A DNA stretch of 60,581 nucleotides, counting the filler, from Hausera hauseri (taxonomy: Eukaryota): NCBI GenBank assembly GCA_046269625.1. It is 9 parts of 9 records of this genome, joined end to end, with 100 filler letters (N's around TTAATTAATTAA, not from the genome) between each part and the next. Parts side by side here need not be neighbours in the genome. Positions count along the whole stretch, not along the records: positions 42,843 to 49,973 come from JBJURY010036668.1; positions 50,074 to 54,515 come from JBJURY010579781.1; positions 54,616 to 60,581 come from JBJURY010161421.1; 6 more parts are not named here. One strand, 5' to 3'. A program made the position numbers and the translations under genes. Of this stretch, positions 49,301 through 60,581 are shown in pieces. Within the stretch, counting starts at the first letter, position 1; each line of letters begins with the position of its first letter. The notes beneath the pieces are model-generated. The model was given only the letters and a program-made list of their open reading frames with translations, searched no databases and was not told where the DNA came from.

Positions 49301-49973
49301 TTAATAATGTCCGTAAGCAACACTCTGATTTTTATCAGTCCACTGATGTTTGTCGTCAAACGGGTCCAATTCTTTTTTTTGAACTGATTGTCATCAGCTG
49401 GTGGTTTTTACTGCCAATTCGCTCCTGGTCCACCATGGTGCTGCACCCGGTTTCATAAGCATGTAGGTAGTTACTAAACTGTAGGTCTGTCTGCTCGAGA
49501 TTGATACCTTTTATTTGAGGACTGGTCTGATTTGGGTTTTGAGGGCATAGGATTTTGGCCGTAGGAAAATCGCCTCTTGATACTGAATGCAGCCCTTGCT
49601 CTCGTCTTTAAATTTACCAATTACAGCTGCGAAACGAGTCCAGTACAATGGATCTGTCTTGTCATAGTCTGAGGTATCTAACTGCTCTTTGCTATCATTG
49701 CCGGTAACAGTTGCGATTTTAAGTCCACAGCACGGCATTAGATGAAAAAACTGTCTGTGTCACCAGCAACAATATTTAACTCGCAATTAAACTGGTGCCT
49801 ATATGTCTCCAACTCAATATAATTTAGCTCATACATCCGTAACTTAGAAAGATAAAGTACGGTCTAACCGATGTACGAGGGTCTATATAATGTAACCATG
49901 TCTTTATCGAAAACGGCAACCAGGTCATTATTTATAATAATACTGTCTTTAAAGTGGGCCTTACTGGCATATG
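49301..49973 (-). pseudogene. Protein-primed family B DNA polymerase C-terminus (Maverick/Polinton type), with stops and frameshifts
   Basis: RPSYIG*TVLYLSKLRMYE, IVAGDTDSFF, LDTSDY...VIGKFKDE...FLRPKSYA, KGI, KNHQLMTI, LDPFDDK...AYGHY* (stop 49301-49303). AATAAA on the minus strand at 49256-49261. Confidence 0.9.
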
Positions 49974-50073
49974 NNNNNNNNNNNNNNNNNNNNNNNNNNN
50001 NNNNNNNNNNNNNNNNNTTAATTAATTAANNNNNNNNNNNNNNNNNNNNNNNNNNNNNNNNNNNNNNNNNNNN
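49974..50073. other. Artificial scaffold linker
   Basis: N44-TTAATTAATTAA(50018-50029)-N44. Confidence 0.97.
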
Positions 50074-53000
50074 ATTTCAGACACACCCAGTTCCGGATAC
50101 ATATATATTTGGACATAGCGGAATGTGTTGGAATGAAAAAATGTAGACTGACCCAGTTCCTGGACACCTTCATATTTGGACTTAGCGGAATGAGTTGGAA
50201 TGAAAAAATTTAGACTGACCCAGTTCCTGGACACCTGCATATTTGGACTTTTCGGAATGAGTTGTGTCGAAAAATATTTCAGACACACCCAGTTCCGGAT
50301 ACATATATATTTGGACTTAGCGGAATGAATTAGGACGAAAAAATTTAGAGTGACTCAATTCCTGGACACCTGCATATTTGGACTTCGCGGAATGAGTTAG
50401 GACGAAAAATTTAGAGTGACCCATTTCCTTGACACTTGCATATTTGGACTCAGAGGAGTGAGTTTAGACGAAGAAAATTTGAGATTGACATAGTTCCGGA
50501 CACCTGCATATATGTACTCAGAGGAGGGAGTTGGGTCGAAAAAAATTTTAGGGTGCCCCAGTTCCGGACACCTGCATATTTGGACTTAGCGGAATGAGTT
50601 GGGCCTAAAAATTTTAGACTGACCCAATTCTGCGCATCTGTATATTTGGACTTAGCGGAATGATTTAGGACAAAAAAAATTTAGGCTGACCCAGTTCAGG
50701 AAACCTCCATGTGTAGAATTAGCGGAATGAGTTGGGTCGAAAAAATTTTCAGACACACCCAGTTCCGGACACCTACATATTTGGACTCAGAGGAATGAGT
50801 TGGGTCGAGAAAAATTTCAGACAGACCCAGTTCCGGACACCAACATATGTGGACTCAGGGGAATGAGTTGGATCGAAAAAAATTTTTGACTTACCCAGTT
50901 CAGGACACCTTCATATGTTGACTTAGCGGAATGAGTGGGACAAAAAAAATTTCAGCAGACTTAGTTCCGGATACATATATATTTGGACATAGCGGAATGT
51001 GTTGGAATGAAAAATTTTAGAGTGACCCAGTTCCTGGACACTTACATATGTAAACTCAGCGGAATGCGTTGGGTCGAAAAAAATTTTGGACTGACCCAGT
51101 TCAGGGCAGCTGCATAATTGGAATCAGTGAAACGAGTTGGTTGAAAAAAAATTTATCCTATCATACTACATGACAGCAACATATTTGGACTCAGCGGAAT
51201 TAGTTGGATCGAAAAAAAATTTTAGACTGAGCCAGTTAAGGACACCTCCATATGTGGTTTTAGCGGAATGAGTTGGGTTAAAAAATTTTTGGACCGAGGC
51301 AGTTTGGACACCTACATATTTTGACTCAAAGGAATGAGTTGGGACGTAAAATTTTAGAATGACCCAGTTTCGGACACCTGAATATTTGGACTCAGCGGAA
51401 TGAGTTGGATAGAAATAAATTTTAGACTGACACAGTTCCGGACACCTGTATATTTGGACTTAGCGGAATGAGTTGGGAAGAAAAAATTTAGAGTGACCCA
51501 GTTCCTGGACACCTGCATATTTGGACTTAGCGGAATGATTTGGGTCGAAAAAATTTTCAAAGTAACCCAGTTCCGGACACCTGTATATTTGGACTTAGCG
51601 GAATGAGATGGGACGAAAATATTTAGACTGACCCAGTTCCGGCACCTGCTTATTCGGACTTTGCGGAATGAGTTGGGTCAAAAAATTTTTGGACCGACCC
51701 AGTTTCGGACACCTGCATATTCGGACTTTGCGGAATGAGTTGGGTCGAAAAAAATTTTAGACTGACCCAGTTCCGCACTCCTGCATATTTCAGCTTAGCG
51801 GAATGAGTTGGGAAGAAAAAATTTAGAGTGATCCAGTTCCTGGACACCTGCATATTCGTAATTAGCGGAATGAATTGGGTCGAAAAACTTTTTAGAGTAA
51901 CCCAGTTTCGGACACCTGTATATTTGGACTTAGCGGAATGAGATGGGACGAAAAAATTTAGATTGACCCAGTTTTGGCACCTGCATATTCGGACTTTGCG
52001 GAATGAGTTGCGTCAAAAAATTTTTTGGACCGAACCAGTTCCGCACACTTACATATTTGGACTCAGCGGAATGAGTTGTGTCGAAAAAATTTTTGGACTG
52101 ACCCAGTTCCGGACACCTGCATATTCGGACTTAGCGGAATAAATAGGGTCGAAAAAATTTTTAGACTGACTTAGTTCGGGACACCTACATATTTGAAATC
52201 ATTGAAATGAGCTGGGTCGAAAAAATTTTAGACTTACCCAGTTCCGGACACCAACATATTTGGACTCAGCGGAATGAGTTGGGTGAAAAAAATTTTAGAC
52301 TGACACAGTTCCGGACACCTGTATATTTGGACTTAGCGTGATGAGTTGGGAAGAAAAAATTTAGAGTGACCCAGTTCCTGGACACCTGCATATTCGGACT
52401 TAGCGGAATGATTTGGGTCGAAAAAATTTTCAAAGTAACCCAGTTCCGGACACCTGTATATTTGGACTTAGCNNNNNNNNNNNNNNNNNNNNNNNNNNNN
52501 NNNNNNNNNNNNNNNNNNNNNNNNNNNNNNNNNNNNNNNNNNNNNNNNNNNNNNNNNNNNNNNNNNNNNNNNCGAAAATATTTAGACTGACCCAGTTCCG
52601 GCACCTGCTTATTCGGACTTTGCGGAATGAGTTGGGTCAAAAAATTTTTTGGACCGACCCAGTTCCGGACACCTGCATATTCGGACTTTGCGGAATGAGT
52701 TGGGTCGAAAAAAATTTTAGACTGACCCAGTTCGGGACACCTACATATTTGCAATCAGTGAAATGTGTTGGGTCGAAAAAAATTTTATTCTGACCCAGTT
52801 CCGGACACCAACATATTTGGACACAGCGGAATGCGTTGGGTCGAAAAAAATTTTAGACTGATCCAGTTCCGCACTCCTGCATATTTGGACTTAGCAGAGT
52901 GAACTGGTTCGAAAAGAATTTCAGACAGACCCAGTTCCGGACACCTACATATTTGGACATAGCGGAATGAGTTGGGTCGAGAAAAATTTCAGACTGACCC

Positions 53001-53365
53001 AGTTCCGGCACCTGCATATTCGGACTTTGCGGAATGAGTTGGGTCGAAAAAATTTTTCGACCGACCCAGTTCCGGACACCTACATTTTTGGACTTAACGG
53101 AATGACTTGGGACGAAAAAATTTAGAGCGACCCCGTTCCTGAAAACCTGCATATTTCGACTTAGCGGAATGAGCTAGGACGAAACAAGTTTTGGCCTGAC
53201 CCATTCACTGGACACCTGCATATTCGGACTTAGCGGAATGAGTTAGGTCGAAAAAATATTTGGACCGAGGCAGTTCGGACACCTACATATTTTGACTCAA
53301 AGGAATGAGTTTGGACGAAAAATTTTAGAATGACTTAGTTCCAGACAGCAGAATATTTGGACTCC
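50074..53365 (-). repeat. Satellite array, diverged subfamily of the 67-bp monomer in reverse orientation (~48 copies), with a real array boundary at ~53365
   Basis: Reverse complement reads gtccaaatatgcaggtgtccggaactgggtcagtctaaaattttttcgacccaactcattccgctaa. Contains a 100-N gap at 52473-52572. AT-rich unique DNA follows (53385-54515). Confidence 0.97.
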
Positions 53366-54515
53366 GATTTTGCCGAGCAAAATCTTCTTAACTACAGTAT
53401 TTCCATATACTTTGGTAATTTTGTTTGAACGTATTTGGCTTTTGAAACATTTTCTACTGAACTCATCTAACATGATATAACTATTAGTACATATTATACA
53501 TTCTTTAAATTTTGTTTCAAAAATTTTACTTCTTCAGCTTATAAGGAAATTTTAAAAAGTAAATGTTTAAAAGTTAAATGTTCAAAATACAACGTTTAAA
53601 AGGTGAATTTTAAATATAAATACATTGTTTTGCATCCCGCAATTGAATAAAACATTCTACTAAAATTAATCTTTCTGTTAACTTTTGAACTACCTAAATT
53701 CACTTTCGATTTTAACCGATTTGACCTAAAATAGTCAACATGCTTATAAAACTATAATTATATTATTAAATGTTGGTCAACCAAATATACAAAATTTCAT
53801 TATGAACTGTTTGTGATTTCCTGTGCAAATATTTGTTTCAAATTTACATAAATTTAATTTTGGATTATTGGTTAAGTAAAACAAATACCCCGGAATTATT
53901 TATCCACGAACTTTTTGAACTACCGTCGTATTGATTCTGAGGCATGTCACATTAACTTATTAATGCACCTATTAGCCTACACAATGTATTGAATTAAAAT
54001 ACGTCTTATATAGAAGTAATTTTTAATTCTTACAATTGTATTGAATAAAGTACATATATAAATTTAAATTTTACATTTTCCCGAAGGGGTTAATTCTCGA
54101 ACACCCTATATATTGAATCGTGCATTTCTGAGAGAAGTACAAAAAATTTGGATTCATATTATGTAAGTTGTTTAAATATTTTTTACTGACCCTGAATTTA
54201 TGAATTACAGATTTTTGATTCTTTTTGATAAAAGTCATCATTCGTTGTTAAGCATGAATATATACGTTTGAGATATACATTTTAGCTGAAATTATGAGAT
54301 GCTCAGTAGAGAAATCGGATTTAAATCATTACTGAACAATTCTAAATTACTTCTTTGTACAGATTTACAGGTGGGTATTGTGTACAAATAAGTAATAATA
54401 GAATCATTCACTAATTACTCTAAACCGATTCGCCCATTCCGTATATAACAGAGCTAGGTAATTCCATAGTATTTAGTTCGTTACTGACTCTACATTAACA
54501 AAACATTTACAATTG

Positions 54516-54615
54516 NNNNNNNNNNNNNNNNNNNNNNNNNNNNNNNNNNNNNNNNNNNNTTAATTAATTAANNNNNNNNNNNNNNNNNNNNNNNNNNNNN
54601 NNNNNNNNNNNNNNN
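54516..54615. other. Artificial scaffold linker
   Basis: N44-TTAATTAATTAA(54560-54571)-N44. Confidence 0.97.
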
Positions 54616-57000
54616 AAAGAAATGACACTTGGCGAAATTGACTTGCAAATTGCTATGATGTAATCTGTGAAAGATAACACGAAGGTGTTCTTTATGTTGT
54701 TTGACAGACGTAGAGGCAACTAGGATGTCATCAATATATGGATGAGCGAAATCTAGGCCTGAGAGTACGACATCAATGTGCCGTTGGAAAGTTTCAGAAG
54801 CACTGCATAAACCAAATGGCATAAAGATATATTCGTAGAGGCCAAATGGAGTAATGATAGCAGTTTTTGGAATTTACCTTATATATATATACCTTATGCA
54901 AGTCAGTTGTGGAGTACGTGTTATTGTTGGCAAGGCTGTGCAGGATGTCATTTATGAGAGGTAAAGGATAACATCCATGACTCTTAGATTATTTAACTGC
55001 TGATAATCACCACATGGTCTGTATGTGCCATCTTTCTTTGTCACAACATGCAAAGGCGAAGCCAATGGTAAATTGGATCGTCAAATAATGCCCTCCTTTT
55101 CGAGTTCATTGAACTCTGATTCAACAGCCTTTTGTTCGCGAGGTGAAAGCAGCCTTACCTTTTTTCTGATAGATCTTTGGTGTTCGGTGACTATGTGGTG
55201 ATGTTGTAGAATGCGGCTTGAAATTGATGTCCTTCTGAAGAGTACGGGAACAAGAAGTTTTAATGTAGGATTTAAGATCAGAACCCAACAATAAGAATGA
55301 TGATGGCATATCATTATAAGAATCAGTTGCTGTAATTGATGCAGAATAACTAAATGTTTCATTGACGACATTTGGTTCAACCGATTGTTTCAAGATTGAT
55401 TTGTTCCCACTTTACAAGATTGAAAATATTGATGAATTGTTAAACGTGTTGTTGTCAACCGATGAACAGTATGTCAAATTGACATTCGATTGAGCAGAGG
55501 AAGACAAAGTGTCCGACTGGTAAATTGGTGAGCATTTGGTAGAGTCTGAAATGAAGTTTCTGCGCAGGAGGCATTTATGCTTGCAGTCGACTAACAAATC
55601 GTATGCAGCCAAGAAATCGGACCCTGTTATGGGCCATCTCATGTTGGCTATGTAAAAATTCTAAGAAAATTTTCCTGGTAGGTTGGAAAATGTGAAGAAC
55701 AGTTTTGTGGTACCTACAATGTTCAAAGGTTTACCACAGGCAGTGAAGAGTGGAGGAGAGAAAGCTGTGTTAGATTTAGAAGCGAAAGACAAAGGAAGAA
55801 GTGAAAAGGAAGCTCCTTAATCAATAAGGAAATCTATGTGTGATGTATCTCCAAATAACAGATCAGCTTTCAACAGAAAGACTGCAGATGCGGTGTTGAA
55901 ACGGCCAGAAGATTGAACGATGTTGCCTGCGCCGGAAGGTGCTGTAAAATCTGGCGGCATTATTAGTTTTTTGGAGGATTTGGAGGAAAGAAAAAAGAGA
56001 AAGAAAAGCTAGAAGATTTTTTGTTGTAATGTCTACAGCCAGGCACGCATGATCTGGCCTGTGACTGATATTTATTGTGGTATATACAAATATGGTTATT
56101 TACAGCGTATCGCTCACTGAAGAATCGACAGCCCAAGAAACATTTCCCTCCTTCATTTCGAAAAAGCGTATGGTACAAACAAGTCATGCATCCGCCGGGT
56201 GAAATGGACCGAGAAGAGTGCACTGAAGTGCTTTGCTCCCGTGAACGTCTGGTTTCACTTCGTCGAGGCCCATTAAGATTATTTAATTGGGCGGTAATAG
56301 CCAAAATCGATTGTTGTAGCATGTCAAACTGTTGCTGCATCATTTGTAATTGTTGAGTAAAGAATGTTGTATCTGTAGTTGGAGCACATGTGGTTGCAGC
56401 AGCAACAGAGAGAGAACTGTTAGTATGAAGAATCCCAAAGGATTTGTCGGCCATTATTGCTAGTTTTTCGATAGCAGTGGATTCGTCAACAACAGTTAGT
56501 AAGGCCCTGGTTGAGGTGGACAAAGGCGATAAGAAATAACGGCAAATTAAATCCGCGTTATTCGTAGGGGTCACTCCTATCGCGCTGAGCTGTAGAATGT
56601 CCGTTTGGAGAAAGTCGGATGGCTTTTGGTTTCCTATCGCTTGGTCATTAAATTACTTTTGTATTATATTGTCAATTGAAGGATCCGTGACATGCAGTAC
56701 AGCGTCACAGAGTGTCTCATAAGGTGTTGAGGATTGTAGCAGTTCGGAGATATTCTTAATCTGCTGCTTGACGTTGGCAGGCAGAAGAATTAAATGGCTA
56801 TTGGCTCGCACAAAAAATCTATTATGTTATTCGATTTTAGTCACTGTTGGTGGAATTTGAGCCATGGTTTGCTGAAGTTGTTTTTATCAAGGAAAACTCC
56901 GCACAAGGCAAATTTAGCGAAATACAAGCCTGTTGGGAGTGTGGCAAACGGTAGATGTTGCCGGTATTCGTGGATTTGTCATCCGAGCAGGATGGATTTG
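54616..57000 (-). mobile_element. Ty3/Gypsy LTR retrotransposon (lineage 1, copy 3): Gag, PR and RT; cut by scaffold end
   Basis: Gag QKPSDFL...ICRYFLSPL...IEKLAIMADK...CLYHTLF...CIYHNKY (55963-56574 and upstream); FLID*GASFSLL (~55820); RPCGDYQQLN; MPFGLCSASETFQRHID...PYIDDILV. The 5' boundary is approximate. Confidence 0.93.
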
Positions 57001-57524
57001 TATCCGATCCACCCCGGAGGCAAAAATGGAGTATAAGGTAGATAACTGGACGTTCATGGCATACAAAAGAGAAGACTGAGTCGACGGAATGTACAGTGAT
57101 ACCTCGATCTGTGAAATAGAAATTTGCAGTGTCAAGTGAGGAGGATAGAGAGGTGTATAGTAGCTGCGCCGTGGAATTGATTGGAGCCTTAATGGTCGTT
57201 GTGTTGATTGTTATTGAAGATAAGGAAGGAGAGTTGCAGCGAAGCAATTCCAGAAGAATGGTAAAATGCAAAAGGAGCTTGTGCCGTTTGCTTCTGTGTT
57301 AACAAGAGATATTGGCGTGCAGTCGGGATAGCGGTGGCAAGTGATGATTGGAGTAATGAAGTATCCAAAGATATTAAGCTGAAAAACCTGTTAAAGTTAA
57401 AAATGGTGGGAACTATGAAGAATTTGTAGATGCGAAAAACCTGGCTGCACCGGTGAGCATAAATCAGTAAAAAGAACCTCACCCACCTGTGTTTGAATAT
57501 CTGAGTCCTGGGTGTCTAATTTGG

Positions 57525-60500
57525 CTACATCTGTAGTGTTTTCTTCAGTGGATAATCCTTGTTGATTAAATGGACGCCTGTCTCGTCGACGCCTCTGGAA
57601 TATTGGTTCTTTCTTCCTGAGGTTTTCGATAGCAATTCAACTAGACTTTTGCTGAGCATTTTGATTTCCAAGTTGATAGCCTGTTTTCGAGTCATCATTT
57701 CGAATTTCTTAGCAGTCTTTTCCAATTTTTTGCTCTGTTCAGCCTTTTTCTTTTGCAATTCATCAAGCATATCCGATATAGGAATTGTCGATAAGACGTT
57801 ATCAGTTGTGTTCACAAAGATATTAGACATATCACTACTGGTTATGCCATCCTCAATTTCACTCTGAATAAGACAGTCAACGAAACGATCCATTATTTGA
57901 AAGCTGACAATTGCAATATCCATGGACACCATCAGGACGTTGATCTCTTTCGTGATTATACTAGAAACAGTCTGTTGAAGAAGTAATTCTTGGATGATTT
58001 GTTTCCGTTTGTCAAGTCGAGATCGAACGATCAGTCGAATAAAAGAATCCATTACATAATCGAAAGTCTGTGTTAAATGTTCGACAAAAAATTGACACAA
58101 CAGTTCGCAACTAGTGACAGTTTGATCGGATTTGGTGTAGGACATTAATATGATATGTTCATCACTGTTTAGATGATGTGATGACAGTTCACTGTTACTT
58201 TCCCGAGTGGTCAATTGATTGATTTCCATTGTCGATGGTTTATAAAACTCTGATCTTTTTGGAAATTAACATAAATTGTGAATTGTGTGTACTGCGAAAC
58301 AAATTCGACGTTTGTTGACTCTTCGACACCAAATTCTGAATCGGTGCGGTCAACAGAAGCATGTTCATACTTTCACTTAACAATTGAAGTGTAGATTCGT
58401 ATTCAGTGCTGAATGAACTAGTTATATGGTCTGCCATTCCTGATGTGATCTTCACGGAAATATTCAATTCACATGGTTCTATATATTAGACATCATCACG
58501 ATTTATTTCAGACGAGCTTCGATATGAAATTATTCGGACAAGTGTTAATGCGTGATGAAAAAACATCAACGGGGGTTGAATATAAAATGATGATTTTGCT
58601 ATGGTTACATACGGCATTGCGTAACCAATCCATGTTTGTATAGTGCAATTGTGATACTTTTCGATGACGTAATAGAATGAAATTCGTTTGGCTTCCGATG
58701 TTTTCGAATTAAATCGTTGTGAAAGAATAGGAGAGTTAAGTGTACGCGGTGAGAATTGATGTATTGTCCGAAAGACTCGATTGACTAACATGATCGTTAT
58801 AAATTGATCCGACTGCATGTTGAAATGGTGAAGGTGACTCGATGCAATTCGACGTTTGCGATGTTGACATTCTTCTGTAGCCCGATTGGACTTTAGAACT
58901 GGACGTAATGAAACAAAATTTCTGGCAATACGAAAAACAACTCAAAGAAGAATTACTTGAATGGGATTCAACATCCTCAAAATAAATAGAGATTATTGTT
59001 TCATTAGACGTCGAAATCAGGTCCTGATAACTTGATGGTATATCAAACAACGTAAAATAGTAGACTTCAGTCGGTGATGAATGGATCCTATAGCTGGCTT
59101 CTATCGGGAACACGTTGGAGTCTGTGGAAATTTCATTATCAACAACAATAATACTCGTTGTTCGTTCAAAGAACTTATGCATCGATATCGAGATGGGTAT
59201 CTTTAGTTCTTCGAATGGATTTATATTAACATCCGATTTGTAAAAGTTAAACATTCCTCGATGGAGGACGTTCAAATCTGCTTGACGTGGTACAACATAA
59301 AAATCGTAGAATTCACATGCCATTCCAATATCAATAATACCCACAAGAGAGGGGAGAAAATTGGGAGCCGAAGTGGTCTCTGCAAAATTTGTCGAATGTT
59401 GAGGTTGAAAAAGGGTCTATATGTAGACACTTTAAAATACTCGTTACCGTTGACGTCTAAAAATGAGTGTTTTAAGATAGTACAGCTGACATGAAAAATT
59501 TCCGACGAAATAAATCCTGATGGTTTGTAACTGAGTTCGACAATTGCTAAGTCAATTAAGGTGTAGATAAAGAAATTTCTAATGCTCTGTGATGCTGCAA
59601 TACAAAGTTTGACAATGGTTTTGTCGTTTTCAATGAGAATTGAATCGTTCGTCAAGGGCTTGGGTATTTCAGTATCGATACTTATAGAAGACAACGCTGG
59701 TACATCAGTCTGTGTATTTCGTGAGTTGATGTAAAAAATTTGAGAATTCGAACTTATGTAAAACTGGGATGATGGTTCTGTGGAATTTTGAACAGAAGAT
59801 AAAATTCGGGAATTTAATAAAGGATGGATTTTGAAAATTTCTAAAATACCGAAAAATATATCGGTGTTATTTATTTCAAGATGAAGAACCACATTGTCGC
59901 GATCGAAAATTTCCCCAAAAACTTCGCGTTGGAACAATAAAATTTCCATAATCTTGTTGTCAGTCGGGTATTCAAAAATAAAGTCCAACACAACCCCCAT
60001 TAACTGACAAGGATGATCTCTCCTGTAATTCTGTTCTCAATAAACAGTCTCAAAAGCATATCGCCGACATTGAATGATTTTGTTATTACCAACAAAATAC
60101 ACAAATCTTTCTCGTAGATTATCATGTAGTTTCAACACAGTTCCTTCAAAATCTAAAACCTTGAATGTACAGTAAATCTCTGTTTTTAACACGGCATCAA
60201 AAGAGGACCCTGAAATTCAAGAGCATCGTGTGCTAAAAATACGAATTCGATGTGTGCTATAACATGCCTTTTTATGGAAAAGTAAGAGTAGTCACCCGCG
60301 TCCATTTCCAGCATCATTTGATTCTGTTCATTTGTCTTATGAAAACAGTTGATATTAAACATAAATCGTCTGAATGGTGTTTGATAAAGAAGAGATAATT
60401 CATGTGGCAGAGTTTGTAATGACCTGTGAAAATATGGCATTAAGCTACGTCTTGTACAGACAACTGCTGGGATTCTTTGTGATTTCGACGATCTGTTTTT

Positions 60501-60581
60501 GAAGTTCCATTATCTTCGTTTCTGGAAGGGAAACTTTTTCCGTTTGTAAAAGAATGGAACTAGGTCGACACAACGGATCAT
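57525..60581 (-). pseudogene. Unidentified decayed coding-like region (six consecutive same-strand ORF pieces)
   Basis: Minus-strand ORFs of 84, 242, 202, 110, 75 and 234 aa follow one another, mostly overlapping or nearly abutting, over ~3 kb. I recognise no motif. Confidence 0.4.

Larger units (their letters stand above)
48656..49973. mobile_element. Terminal fragment of a Maverick/Polinton element
   Basis: AGTAGT start at 48656, subterminal tandem repeats, and a family-B DNA polymerase C-terminus pointing toward this end. The remainder is lost at the scaffold end. Confidence 0.75.

Noticed and set aside
53385-54515. Gene or RNA in the AT-rich flank of the second satellite
   Set aside because: No ORF of 60 aa or more in the track, and no tRNA/rRNA-like or clear terminal-repeat structure seen.

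Overview
Eukaryotic (most likely invertebrate animal) repeat-rich DNA that is not one locus. It is nine unplaced scaffolds joined by eight 100-bp linkers (N44-TTAATTAATTAA-N44). Contents in order: (A, 1-14629) ~67-bp satellite array. (B, 14730-19907) Tc1/mariner transposase fragment followed by a decayed BEL/Pao LTR retrotransposon. (C, 20008-27073) intronless, frameshifted WDR49-like pseudogene and a Gypsy element. (D, 27174-31920) a second Gypsy lineage with an extra 3' reading frame. (E, 32021-37759) L1/Tx1-type LINE and hAT remnants. (F, 37860-42742) degenerate (TTG)n simple-sequence block. (G, 42843-49973) Gypsy copy plus one end of a Maverick/Polinton (AGTAGT terminus, subterminal repeats, pPolB C-terminus). 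(H, 50074-54515) a diverged subfamily of the satellite, inverted. (I, 54616-60581) Gypsy copy plus ~3 kb of unidentified decayed coding-like DNA. I see no intact cellular gene. The most striking observation is the BEL/Pao Gag. It carries an in-frame ubiquitin-like domain ending LKGG, which is missing from the ORF track because of a point stop, and a tandem pair of CCCH zinc fingers where BEL/Pao elements normally have CCHC knuckles. All homology calls are by eye from recalled motifs; no searches were run.
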